A DNA stretch of 32,000 bases. Source: Puniceicoccales bacterium (GTDB lineage: Bacteria; Verrucomicrobiota; Verrucomicrobiia; Opitutales; LL51). The notes beneath the pieces were generated by a model, which saw only the letters and a list, made by a program, of their open reading frames with translations, ran no database searches and was not told where the DNA came from. Below, in pieces: positions 16,665-27,000 of the stretch; positions within the stretch are counted from its first letter, which is position 1; every line of letters starts with the position of its first letter. The stretch is taken from NCBI GenBank assembly GCA_031283585.1, contig JAITBP010000006.1, positions 72,705-104,704 on the forward strand, read 5' to 3'. The translations under genes and the position numbers were made by a program.

Positions 16665-17780
16665 GTGATTAAGGTCGCTGATCGCTATATTTTTTTCCAA
16701 TGGCTCAAGTTTTTTCTGATATTTTTTTGCCTGACCATGGCAATCCTAATTTTTGAAGATTCCTACAAAAATCTTGGAGACTTAATCAAGTATGACATTG
16801 GCCCAAAAGATCTTGTAGACTATTATACTCTGCTATTAACAACCCTGTTGCCCATTGGTGTACCGGCCTCGTTATTTCTATCTATCCTGTTCTTGATCAG
16901 TATGTTACAAAAAAACAACGAGCTAATTGCCCTGGGCTGTACCGGAGTCAGCCTGTGGAGAATATCCAGACCTCTATGGATGGTAGGCCTATTGCTATCG
17001 CTGTTCATGTTATACATAAACACCCTGTCATCACCGGCGGCCTTCGAAGACCTGTGTAATTTTAGAGAGAAACTACGGTTCACCCAGGATGCCAAGAATC
17101 TAAGTTTTGATGATATAGGCGTTGTCCGGAACCTTACCCTATTCAGCAAAAATAAGGATATGCTATTATATATCAATAGATTCAGCAAATATTCGCGCAA
17201 TGCCTTCGGCATCTCGGTGCACTACTATGATAGTGACATGGAAACGCGCAGGATCATGGCAGGCCAGGGGAGCTTCGATGAATCCAATCGCTGCTGGACC
17301 CTATCGGATTGCCGGGAAATTATTTTTGATAAAAAAACCGGCATTCCAATGTCAAATAAACCACACAAGCAGATTATAGTAAACGAATTAAAAGACAGTC
17401 CCAGAACATTATTACTGCTGAAAAAAGGTCTGAAAACCCTGTCATTTTTTGAGCTTAAGGACGCCATTTCTCACTGCCAGAATAACCACATGGATAGACT
17501 CCAGGCCTATCTCGTAAGATACTACAGCGCAATCTCTTCTGCATTCTGTTGTCTTGCCATAGTCGCCATGAGTGTGCCGTTTGTTACCTGCCTAATGCGT
17601 ACCAATCCGTCCGTGGCCATAGCCAAAGGCACCGGACTATTTTTCCTGTTCTATATAGTAAACAGTCTTGGAACTGTTTTGGGCAGCAGTAATACAGTTA
17701 ATCCATTGCTAGCAGCATGGTTAGGTAACCTAATGATCGCTCTGTTGGCCATCATATTTTTTAAAAAGTCGATGATATAA
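16665..17780 (+). CDS. LPS export ABC transporter permease (LptF/LptG, YjgP/YjgQ family)
   Basis: 371 aa. Family-typical start (V)ADRYIFFQWLKFFLIFF, 6 TM segments with a large periplasmic loop. GTG start. Confidence 0.8.
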   Translation: MIKVADRYIFFQWLKFFLIFFCLTMAILIFEDSYKNLGDLIKYDIGPKDLVDYYTLLLTTLLPIGVPASLFLSILFLISMLQKNNELIALGCTGVSLWRISRPLWMVGLLLSLFMLYINTLSSPAAFEDLCNFREKLRFTQDAKNLSFDDIGVVRNLTLFSKNKDMLLYINRFSKYSRNAFGISVHYYDSDMETRRIMAGQGSFDESNRCWTLSDCREIIFDKKTGIPMSNKPHKQIIVNELKDSPRTLLLLKKGLKTLSFFELKDAISHCQNNHMDRLQAYLVRYYSAISSAFCCLAIVAMSVPFVTCLMRTNPSVAIAKGTGLFFLFYIVNSLGTVLGSSNTVNPLLAAWLGNLMIALLAIIFFKKSMI

Positions 17781-17849
17781 ATTGGTGATTTTTTGTAATT
17801 AAACTTGTTTTTTTTCCAAAAAAATTGAAGCTTCGGCGGATTTTCACCT

Positions 17850-20429
17850 ATGGCGATGGCAACAAATAGTACCGAATACAGATTCACCGAAATCGAACCC
17901 TATTGGCAGAACTATTGGTATAATAATGGAATTTTTACAGCCAAAACCGACGATTCATTGAAAAAATTCTATGTGCTAGACATGTTCCCCTATCCCTCCG
18001 GCACCGGCCTGCACATAGGTCATCCCGAAGGCTATACCGCATCAGACATAGTGGCCAGATTTAAAAAGGCTAACGGGTTCAATGTGTTACATCCTATGGG
18101 CTGGGACGCATTCGGATTACCAGCGGAGCAGCATGCCATCGCCACCGGCCAACATCCGGCCATAAACACCAAGGCAAATGTGGATAATTTTCGAAGACAA
18201 ATAAAAGCCCTCGGATTTGCCATAGACTGGGAACGGGAAATAAATACCACCGACGACGGCTATGTAAAATGGACCCAGTGGATATTTTTACAATTATTTA
18301 AACATGGCCTGGCCTATGTGGCCGAAAAGCCGGTCTGGTGGTGCCCGGAACTTAAATCGGTCCTCGCAAACGAAGAAATCATCGACGGGAAATCCGAACG
18401 TGGCAACCATTATGTCGAACGCAAGAACATGCGCCAGTGGGTGTTAAGAATCACAGCCTATGCCGATAAATTGCTGGAAGGGCTGGAAAATATCGATTGG
18501 CCAGACTCGACAAAACGCCAGCAAATCGCCTGGATCGGCAAATCAAAGGGCGCAGAAATAGACTTCGAAATAGACGGCTATGACGATAAACTGCCAGTCT
18601 TTACCACCAGGGCAGACACCATTTTCGGTGTAACATTTCTAGTGGTGTCACCGGAGCATCCCATTCTGAACAAAATAGTTAAAGAACCATATAAAAAATC
18701 CATCGATGACTACATCAGCCAGGCCAAGACCAAAAGTGATCTGGAACGGACGGATTTGGCCAAGGACAAAACCGGAGTTTTCTCCGGGTCCTACGCAATA
18801 AATCCGATCAATAACAAAAAAATCCCCATATGGATTTCAGACTACGTGCTGATGTCCTACGGCACCGGCGCGATAATGGCCGTGCCGGCCCAGGACTCCA
18901 GAGACTATGAATTCGCCAAAAAATTTGGCCTGGACATAATACAAGTCATTTCCAATGAAGATGATAACACAGAGATTCCCTTCTGCATCGAAGGTAAGCT
19001 TATAAACTCAGGCCGATACTCGGGACTAAAATCCGCAGTGGCAAGATCAAAAATTATAGATGATCTCGTACAGCTGAAAAAAGGAAGGGAAACCGTCAAC
19101 TACAGGCTTAGAGACTGGCTATTTTCCAGGCAGAGATACTGGGGCGAGCCGGTCCCGATTCTATGGGTAAATAAAGAAGCCTACGAAAGAATTTCGTCCA
19201 GTGACACCAGCAGTTTGAAAGAATTTTTACCACAAAAACCAATCACATTTGAAAAAAATGGCGAAACACTATTTGCCATACCTCTGGCTTCAAAACATCT
19301 GCCGCTAAAACTCCCGGCGGTCCCGTCCTATCTGCCTTCCGACGACGGCGAAAGCCCACTTTCCAAAGCTAAAGACTGGCTCGACGTATATATAGATAGA
19401 GAAACCTGCGAAATAGTTTCCAAACAGGATGTGAATTCGACCGACGCCCGATTCCTAAAAGCCAGACGAGAAACGAATACCATGCCCCAATGGGCCGGAT
19501 CCTGTTGGTACTATTTACGTTACCTATCACCGACCCATACAACAAACCTCGTCGATCCCCGGGATGAAAAATACTGGGGTTATCCTGATCTTTACATTGG
19601 CGGAGCCGAACATGCGGTGCTCCATCTGCTTTATGCAAGATTTTGGCACAGATTTTTGTACGACATCGGCGTCCTAACCTCAGGCAAAGAGCCTTTCAAA
19701 AAACTATTTCATCAGGGAATAATTCTTGGTGAAGATGGAACAAAGATGTCAAAAAGCCGCGGAAATGTTATAAACCCTGACGAAATAATTTCACGCTACG
19801 GCGCCGACTCTCTACGGCTCTATGAAATGTTCCTTGGCCCACTGGATGCCATGAAACCCTGGAACACAACCGGCATCGAAGGTGTCCATCGGTTTCTGAA
19901 AAAAGTTTGGAGGGAATATATCCGGAGCGATGGCCAGCTGATTCAATTCAAAGCCACTGATAGCCAAGAAATTACAAATCTTCTGAACCATACCATAAAA
20001 AAAGTAACCGATGACCTGGAGGCGTTGCATTTCAACACCGCCATCTCCCAGATGATGATATTTATAAATAGCCTAGGCAAAAGTGATGGTATGACGCTGG
20101 AAACAGCTAAAACTTTCCTAAAATTACTCGCACCGTTCGCCCCACATTTCAGCGAAGAGCTCTGGGCCAGACTAGGCGAACAAACCAGCATATACTTCGC
20201 CCAGTGGCCGACCTACGAAGACATTTCAACAAAAACCGATAGCTATAAGCTAATCATACAGATAAATGGAAAAGTCCGAGGGGATATGTTGATCTCCGCC
20301 GATGCCACCGAAGAAGACATTTTTTCCTCCATACTGAAGCTAGATAATCTGAAAAAATATCTAATTAATAAAAATATTGTCAAAAAAATATACATCAGGC
20401 ACAAAATTATGAATATTGTGACAAATTAG
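17850..20429 (+). CDS. leuS: leucyl-tRNA synthetase
   Basis: 859 aa. HIGH motif (HIGHPEGY), KMSKS motif and a CP1 editing insertion. Confidence 0.95.
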   Translation: MAMATNSTEYRFTEIEPYWQNYWYNNGIFTAKTDDSLKKFYVLDMFPYPSGTGLHIGHPEGYTASDIVARFKKANGFNVLHPMGWDAFGLPAEQHAIATGQHPAINTKANVDNFRRQIKALGFAIDWEREINTTDDGYVKWTQWIFLQLFKHGLAYVAEKPVWWCPELKSVLANEEIIDGKSERGNHYVERKNMRQWVLRITAYADKLLEGLENIDWPDSTKRQQIAWIGKSKGAEIDFEIDGYDDKLPVFTTRADTIFGVTFLVVSPEHPILNKIVKEPYKKSIDDYISQAKTKSDLERTDLAKDKTGVFSGSYAINPINNKKIPIWISDYVLMSYGTGAIMAVPAQDSRDYEFAKKFGLDIIQVISNEDDNTEIPFCIEGKLINSGRYSGLKSAVARSKIIDDLVQLKKGRETVNYRLRDWLFSRQRYWGEPVPILWVNKEAYERISSSDTSSLKEFLPQKPITFEKNGETLFAIPLASKHLPLKLPAVPSYLPSDDGESPLSKAKDWLDVYIDRETCEIVSKQDVNSTDARFLKARRETNTMPQWAGSCWYYLRYLSPTHTTNLVDPRDEKYWGYPDLYIGGAEHAVLHLLYARFWHRFLYDIGVLTSGKEPFKKLFHQGIILGEDGTKMSKSRGNVINPDEIISRYGADSLRLYEMFLGPLDAMKPWNTTGIEGVHRFLKKVWREYIRSDGQLIQFKATDSQEITNLLNHTIKKVTDDLEALHFNTAISQMMIFINSLGKSDGMTLETAKTFLKLLAPFAPHFSEELWARLGEQTSIYFAQWPTYEDISTKTDSYKLIIQINGKVRGDMLISADATEEDIFSSILKLDNLKKYLINKNIVKKIYIRHKIMNIVTN

Positions 20430-20535
20430 CATAATTTTATCATAAAATGCTTGCCTGTCGAAAAATTTTTAACACCACTCTCCAGGGTAAGTCAATATCT
20501 ATCCAAGGCCCATTTGTTGGGTACGGAGTTTTTGT

Positions 20536-21474
20536 ATGAATGTAACAATCAGTGAGTTATTTGAGGCAGGGGTGCATCTAGGGCACCAGAAGAGACGTTG
20601 GAACCCGAAATCAAGGAATTTTGTCTACGATCATAGAAACGGTATCTCTATCATAGATCTGGAAAAGACTCATAAATGTCTGGCCGTCGCCTGTGAATTT
20701 TTGGAAGATCTGGCGGCTAGTGGCCAAAATGTTCTGTTCGTTGCAACTAAAAAACAGGCCCAGAGTATTGTCCAGGAAACGGCCAATTCACTGAAGATGC
20801 CTTTTTGTGTCAATCGCTGGCTAGGCGGTGGCCTTACCAACTTTGATACGGTTAAGAGGAGCCTGAATAAATATCGACGGTTTCTTGAAATGGAAACCAA
20901 CGGAACGCTCGGCTCTATGCTAAAAAAGGAAGCTTCGGTGATTCGACGCCAAATGGTTCGCATGCGTAGAAATTTTGAGGGCCTGGTGGAAGTAAACGAC
21001 CTACCATCGGCCATATTTGTGGTTGACATTAAAATGGAACGCATAGCCGTTGCCGAAGCAAACAAAATAGGCATTCCGGTGATAGCCATAGTGGATACCA
21101 ATTCGGATCCGACCCAGGTAGCCTACCCAATCCCAGGTAACGATGATTCGTCGAAATCAATAAAAGTAATCATCGATGCCATTGCAGAATCCATAGCCAC
21201 TGGCCTGGAAAGATATTCGATAAAAAAGCAAGATATAAAGAAAAATAAAAAAATTATCGAAAAAGACGAAATGATATCCGAGCAATCGGTTGTTATGGAT
21301 GAACAACTTGCGAAAGCCGCTGAAAATGTTACCATCGCCGACGAGATAGAATCGGCCGACAGAGCAACCGGTAGAACCAAAACCTGGATGCCACACAAGG
21401 TTAAAGGCAGCGGTGAAACAAAAACCAAAGAGGTCCTAACAAAAACGGAGTCAAAAGAACCTGAAAAGAAATGA
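20536..21474 (+). CDS. rpsB: 30S ribosomal protein S2 with a C-terminal charged extension of roughly 60-70 aa
   Basis: ELFEAGVHLGHQKRRWNPK start and GGAG Shine-Dalgarno. 312 aa, against the roughly 240-260 aa I recall as typical for S2. Confidence 0.95.
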   Translation: MNVTISELFEAGVHLGHQKRRWNPKSRNFVYDHRNGISIIDLEKTHKCLAVACEFLEDLAASGQNVLFVATKKQAQSIVQETANSLKMPFCVNRWLGGGLTNFDTVKRSLNKYRRFLEMETNGTLGSMLKKEASVIRRQMVRMRRNFEGLVEVNDLPSAIFVVDIKMERIAVAEANKIGIPVIAIVDTNSDPTQVAYPIPGNDDSSKSIKVIIDAIAESIATGLERYSIKKQDIKKNKKIIEKDEMISEQSVVMDEQLAKAAENVTIADEIESADRATGRTKTWMPHKVKGSGETKTKEVLTKTESKEPEKK

Positions 21475-21499
21475 ACCCTAAGGAAGGAAAGTCACCCAA

Positions 21500-22090
21500 A
21501 TGAACGAAATAAGTGCAAAATTGGTAGGTGAATTGCGCAGTCGCACCGGTGCCGGAATTATCAATTGTAAAAAAGCGCTGGTCGAGACCAACGGTAACAT
21601 CGAAGAGGCAATCATAGCCCTGCGAAAAAATGGAGCAATTTCTGCTGCTAAAAAAGCCGATCGCCAGACCACCGAAGGCATAATAGAGTCTTATATTCAT
21701 CACGGCGGCAGAATTGGTGTGCTGCTTGAACTGAACTGCGAAACAGATTTTGTCGCCAGAAACTCTGATTTTAAACAACTTGCCCATGATATATGCATGC
21801 ATATCGCGGCTTCCAATCCGCTGTTTATCTCAAAAGATGACGTTCCAGAAAACCTAATAGAGAAAGAAAAAGAAATCGCCATGGTCCAGGCCAGCGGTAA
21901 GTCTCCGGTTGCCATCGAAAAAATAGTCCACGGCAAAATAGACAAATGGATTAATCAGGTATGTCTGCTCAACCAAAGCTTCATAAAAGACCAGGATAAA
22001 ACGATTTCAAATCTACTGATCGAATATATTTCAAAAATCGGTGAAAATATAAAAATTAGCAGATTTGTCAGATTCCAACTTGGCGAGTAA
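21500..22090 (+). CDS. tsf: elongation factor Ts (short, about 196-aa form)
   Basis: The N-terminal UBA-like motif LRSRTGAGIINCKKAL and LLELNCETDFVARN are diagnostic. AAGGAAGG Shine-Dalgarno. Confidence 0.9.
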   Translation: MNEISAKLVGELRSRTGAGIINCKKALVETNGNIEEAIIALRKNGAISAAKKADRQTTEGIIESYIHHGGRIGVLLELNCETDFVARNSDFKQLAHDICMHIAASNPLFISKDDVPENLIEKEKEIAMVQASGKSPVAIEKIVHGKIDKWINQVCLLNQSFIKDQDKTISNLLIEYISKIGENIKISRFVRFQLGE

Positions 22091-22173
22091 GTAATTCGCG
22101 TATATACCTGCGGCTATTTTTTATTTGCAAACTTTTACATATTTTACACACTGCATAATCACAAAGTGTGTAT

Positions 22174-23928
22174 ATGGGAAAAATAATTAGATCACTTGCA
22201 TTTATATTGATTTTAACACCATGTTTACAAAAATATGGTTTTATTGCCTGCTTGGCAGGTAATATAAAGGCAAACGTTACCGTTGATAGTAACGGTAAAA
22301 AATCTAATGTTTCCATCCGGAAGAAACGAATCCTCGGCTGGGATAAGAAAAAACGCAATAAAAAAATAATCAAAATAGTCTCCGGCGAGTCATCAAAAGC
22401 AATTACCTATAAGGTAGATAAACAAAGGCCCGGTGGAAATCAAGAATCGGCTAAAAAGGATGATGCAAAAGATGGTAAAATAAAAGTTAAAGGCCAAAAT
22501 CCACACTCTAATATCAAACTTGCAAATAACCAAAAGGATGCTAAGCCAGGTGACCAAAAATCTGCCCCGGCCGGTGAATCGACGGCTAGCAAAGCTCCTG
22601 CGGATACTCTGAATTTATCAAAAGATCAAATCAAAACCATTGCGGCTAAAGTAGATGAGATATTACTCGATGGAGCTAAATCCACATTAAATCCGGATGC
22701 ATTAGGCCCCATAAACTATAAGCGCAAATTTGCTGATAACAGTTCCCTGACCATCACCGTTGGCTATGATAAAATTGCCAAGGAAGGATTGGCCTATAGT
22801 TCGGTTGAGATTACACCGGACACCGGACAATCAACAAAATTTACACTTTTACATTTGGCCACATTACTATCGGACACTTCCGGCAAAAAACTACTAAATG
22901 TAATCAAAGATTGCCCAACATTTGACATATCCGTAGCCTGCACATTTACTTTCAAAGGTCAAAAATACACGGACATACAGCCGTTGGACTTTGCAATACA
23001 TAATAATAACACAGCCATTATAGGAGAAACAGTGGCCATTGCTAAAAAGCAGGACAAGTTAAATGACGTTCTATTAATCGATAAATTGCAATTCGGCGAT
23101 CTTACTATAACAAACGGCACAATCCTCCACAAGGCGATTGCATCCAAGTTAGAAAAAATATCGCTATGCATAATAGAAGCCTGTAAAAATGATAAAGAAA
23201 TGCTAAAAACTCTATTTTTAACCAAGGCTGAAATAGAAGTCAAAGGAGACAATCATTATAAAATAGCTGATACCACACCGCTTTTCCTAGCAGTATATTA
23301 TAAATATGAAAATATTGTAAATGCATTGCTAAAAGTTGCCCAGGCGCATAACCTAAGTGTTTTTGGCGAAAAATGTGGTTTTGAAGCAAATGATACCAAA
23401 ATAAACGGTTGCACACCATTTTTTTTCGCGCTATGCTACCAAAGTGATGCAGATATATTACTCAAGGCCGCGCAGGCTAATAACATAAGCATAGATATCC
23501 TGGCCGAGAAATGCGATCTACTAGAAACAAATACGGTAAAACTCACGAACATAACACCATTTCATAGCGCAGCGGTCTTCCCAAATATTCGTTCCGCTAT
23601 TGAAAAATTATTAAAGTCAGATAAAATTTCGGAAAATATCGAGGCAGCATTGTTGGCCAAGGCTGATCTCGAAACCAAAGGTAACACCCATATCGCTATC
23701 ACAAACGGTACCGTATTACATTTTGTAGCAGCCTATAAAAACAATCTTGACTATATCGATTTGATACTAAGCACCAGCAAAGATAGCAAAACCGATTTGT
23801 TAAACGCAAAATGCGATGAGTTCAAATCGCAGGATGGCCAAAAACAACAAAATATTACCGCTGCCGATATCGCAAGCTTCTTCAAAAACGAAGCTTATAA
23901 GCAATTGCTGAATGCACAGGCTAATTAA
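22174..23928 (+). CDS. hypothetical secreted-type protein: signal-like N-terminus, Lys-rich cluster, one copy of an unnamed ~95-aa module, divergent ankyrin-like repeat array
   Basis: The ATG at 22174 is preferred over the GTG at 22168. Repeats such as TTPLFLAVYYKYENIVNALLKVAQ, GCTPFFFALCYQSDADILLKAAQ and GTVLHFVAAYKNNLDYIDLIL. Paralogous to both ends of the next gene. Confidence 0.7.
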   Translation: MGKIIRSLAFILILTPCLQKYGFIACLAGNIKANVTVDSNGKKSNVSIRKKRILGWDKKKRNKKIIKIVSGESSKAITYKVDKQRPGGNQESAKKDDAKDGKIKVKGQNPHSNIKLANNQKDAKPGDQKSAPAGESTASKAPADTLNLSKDQIKTIAAKVDEILLDGAKSTLNPDALGPINYKRKFADNSSLTITVGYDKIAKEGLAYSSVEITPDTGQSTKFTLLHLATLLSDTSGKKLLNVIKDCPTFDISVACTFTFKGQKYTDIQPLDFAIHNNNTAIIGETVAIAKKQDKLNDVLLIDKLQFGDLTITNGTILHKAIASKLEKISLCIIEACKNDKEMLKTLFLTKAEIEVKGDNHYKIADTTPLFLAVYYKYENIVNALLKVAQAHNLSVFGEKCGFEANDTKINGCTPFFFALCYQSDADILLKAAQANNISIDILAEKCDLLETNTVKLTNITPFHSAAVFPNIRSAIEKLLKSDKISENIEAALLAKADLETKGNTHIAITNGTVLHFVAAYKNNLDYIDLILSTSKDSKTDLLNAKCDEFKSQDGQKQQNITAADIASFFKNEAYKQLLNAQAN

Positions 23929-23970
23929 AATTAAGCTAATCAAACAAGAAAAATTACCTAATATGCAATG

Positions 23971-23984
23971 TTTACAATTGTAAA
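23971..23984. promoter_or_regulatory. perfect 14-bp palindrome TTTACAATTGTAAA (same core as 12762..12779)
   Basis: Base-by-base check of pairs 23977/23978 out to 23971/23984. Centre is about 51 nt upstream of the ATG at 24029. Confidence 0.5.
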
Positions 23985-24028
23985 TATGTTTAATTTCATT
24001 ATTTTTGCTTTTTGATAAGGATGTCGTT

Positions 24029-27000
24029 ATGGTTAAAACAATTAAATCATTTGTAGCTATACTAGCACTAGGTCAATGCCTACTGGCACTCGACGGAATT
24101 GAATGCCTTGCCCTGGCAAATCAACCAACAATGAGAATAAATGCCTCCAATAGGAGAAGAAATAGAAGACGTCACATGATGCAACGAAGGAGACGGGCAA
24201 GGAGGGAAAGACAAAAAAATAGAAGCAATCGCCAGATTAGCATGCAAGGAATAAACATCAATAGAAAAGCAAGATCTTTGCCTCAACCAAATACAACCCT
24301 ATACACAACAACAAGCTCCTATAACTATAATAGGCCTATCATAACACAACCATCATCAATACCACAGATGCCGATTGGTACCATGACCAGGATCGGAGAT
24401 AAAATCCATAGGGCTCTATGTGATAACAAATTCGTCCCACTAACCAACGTAGCCACATCCAAGCAAATTAAATATGCAGGACTTATCATTGACGATAAAA
24501 AAGTAACAGTAACCATTGACTACAACCGAATCGCTTCAGAAGGAATATCAAGTCCCTGTGTTGAAATTAGAAACCTAGACTCAAACCCTATCGTATTCAA
24601 CCTCTTGCATTTTGCCACAGCGCTCACAGATGAAAGCAGAATAAGCTTTTTAGAAGTGATCCAAGAGGACCAAAAGATAGATGTATCCAGAAAAATCAGA
24701 TTCACCATAGATAAACTGGAATATAATGTCAATCCACTATATTTTGCCATATACTTTAACAGAGAAGATGTTGTAAAAAAACTGTTAGATATTGCAAAAG
24801 ATAAAGATCAACTCGATAAAATTTGTGATCTACAGGAAACCAAAATCTTAACCACAGGCTTACAGGAAAAATATACTATCCTGCACAGAGCAATCCTTTC
24901 AGAAAGCTCGGATAAAATTACACAGCACATTCTGGATGCTCTCGAAGACAAAATTGGTCTTCTACTAAATACAAAAACAGATATCAAATACGACGAATTC
25001 GAAACAAGTAATTGTTCACCATTCTTATTGGCAATATTCTATGGCAATGTAGCTATTGTAAACAAATTACTCACCACAGCAAAAACTTATAAAATAAATA
25101 GCATCTGGGATGCATGTAACCATATGATCTATAAAAACGAACATCTTATAAATCCAACACCTCATCAAATTGCAAAGTTTTTCAATAAAAATGATATAAT
25201 AGAATTATTAAATCAGGCTGAGAAATCATCAATAACTTCGCCACAACCTCCGACATCAGTTCCACAACCACAACACCCATCGGAACATAGGCCACAACCT
25301 ATGACATCAGTTCCGCCGCAGATAACGTTAACGCAGGTACAGCTAATTCTTAATGATATTGCAGTCTGCTTAGTATTAAATTCAAACCATAATTGCGAAT
25401 ACACGTTAGATGAAACCAAGAAAATAGCTAAGTTTAATAACGTTATAATTAAAGGCCAAAATGCAACTCTTGACATAAACTATAATGATCTAGTCACCAA
25501 AGGCCTGAATAGTGACTGCGTAATACTCAATGGCGGTTATCTGACTCTCCGTGGATTGGCAGACTATCTATACGCTAATGCTAAACAAATGCTTCTAAAT
25601 ATCATTAAAAACCTAGAAGCACAGTATTCTCAGCCAGCCAAACCAGCACCTCATTATCCATCGAGTCCTACGCCAGCACATCATCCGGCCACATATCAGA
25701 AACCACAGGGTTCTGCGCCGATGCTGACAAGTGAGCAGATCGATTTTATTGAGTTCGTAAGAGAAACCATTAATGTTGCCCTAGGTTATAAAAATGCTAA
25801 AGAAACCGGTAACCTATACCAAACTGAATACACCAAATTACTTGATAATCCATTTATCATAGACTATAAGGAATTCGTCACCAACGGCCTGAATAGTCGC
25901 TGTGTAATACTCAACGACAACCGTATTACTCTCCGCGAATTGGCAGACAAGCTACATAAGTATGTTGGAGAATACCTTAAAGGTGCCATTACACAGATTG
26001 ATGGGTATTATGAGCAACTAAACAAATCAAAAACTCCAACGGTGCCGGCAAGTTCGCCAGCACCTAAGCCGACCCAGACGCCATATAATCAACCAACAGC
26101 ACCTAACTATCCAGCGAGTCCTACGCCAGCACATCAGCCGGCCACATATCAGAAACCACAGGGTTCTGCGCCGATGCTGACAAGTGAGCAACCACAACAC
26201 CCATCGGAACATAGGCCACAACCTCCAACATCAGTTCCGCCGCAGATAACGTTAACGCAGGTACAGCTAATTCTTGATGATATTGCACTTTGTTTAGTAT
26301 TAAATTCAAACCATAATTGCGAATACACGTTAGATGAAACCAAGAAAATAGCTAAATTTAATAACGCTATAATTAAAGGCCAAAATGCAACTCTTGACAT
26401 AAACTATAATGATCTAGTCACCAAAGGCCTGAATAGTGACTGCGTAATACTCAATGGCGGTTATCTGACTCTCCGTGGACTGGCAGACTATCTATACGCT
26501 AATGCTAAACAAACGCTTCTAAATATCATTAAAAACCTAGAAACACAGTATTCTCAGTCAGCACCTAAGCCGCCCCAGCCGCTATATAAGCAACCAACAG
26601 CACCTCACTATCCACCGAGTTATACGCCAGCACATCAACCAGTCAAGATAGTAGCACCTAAACCATCGGCATATCAGTCTCCACAGGCATATCATCCTGG
26701 ATCGGCACCGGTATTTACCAAGTCAGCTCTGCTACACCAAAGTTCTCAGCCGACATTGAATAAAGGTCAGGTCGAATTGATTGGTATCGTAAGAGGAATC
26801 ATTAATAACATCCTAGACGGGCAAATTACTCAAGAACCCGGTAACCCACATAAAATAAAATACACCGGATTACTTGCTAATCCATTTATCATAGACTACA
26901 TGGAACTCGTCACCAACGGCCTGAATAGTCGCTGTGTAATACTCAACGACAACCATTTGACTCTTAATGAATTGGCAGACAAGCTATATGACCGTGCTGT

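Noticed and set aside
17808-17824. T8-CC-A7 upstream of leuS, considered as a hairpin or regulatory element
   Set aside because: A pure A:U stem with a 2-nt loop is not stable. It is most likely just AT-rich spacer.
17781-17849. T-box or other riboswitch leaders upstream of the aminoacyl-tRNA synthetase genes (leuS, thrS, serS)
   Set aside because: The leaders are far too short (69 nt for leuS; serS is 1 nt from rmuC). I see no T-box consensus or specifier-loop architecture in 28556..28773.
22225-22260. Lipoprotein lipobox in the 586-aa protein (GFIAC)
   Set aside because: Phe at position -3 does not fit the canonical L-[ASTVI]-[GAS]-C. The paralogue has GIEC at the aligned position, which is not a lipobox. 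The conserved Cys pair is noted, but lipidation is not claimed.
24005-24028. N-terminal extensions from non-ATG starts in the ORF track (TTG 24005, GTG 22168, TTG 5514, TTG 7291, TTG 28741)
   Set aside because: In each case a downstream ATG has a better context (SD-like purines, or agreement with the family-typical N-terminus). The extensions add residues with no homology logic. Only experiments can settle this, so the alternatives are noted in the features.
25213-26400. Two near-identical minus-strand ORFs (87 aa at 25213..25476 and 83 aa at 26149..26400)
   Set aside because: They are antisense reflections of the A/A' intragenic repeat of the giant plus-strand gene, not a duplicated small gene.
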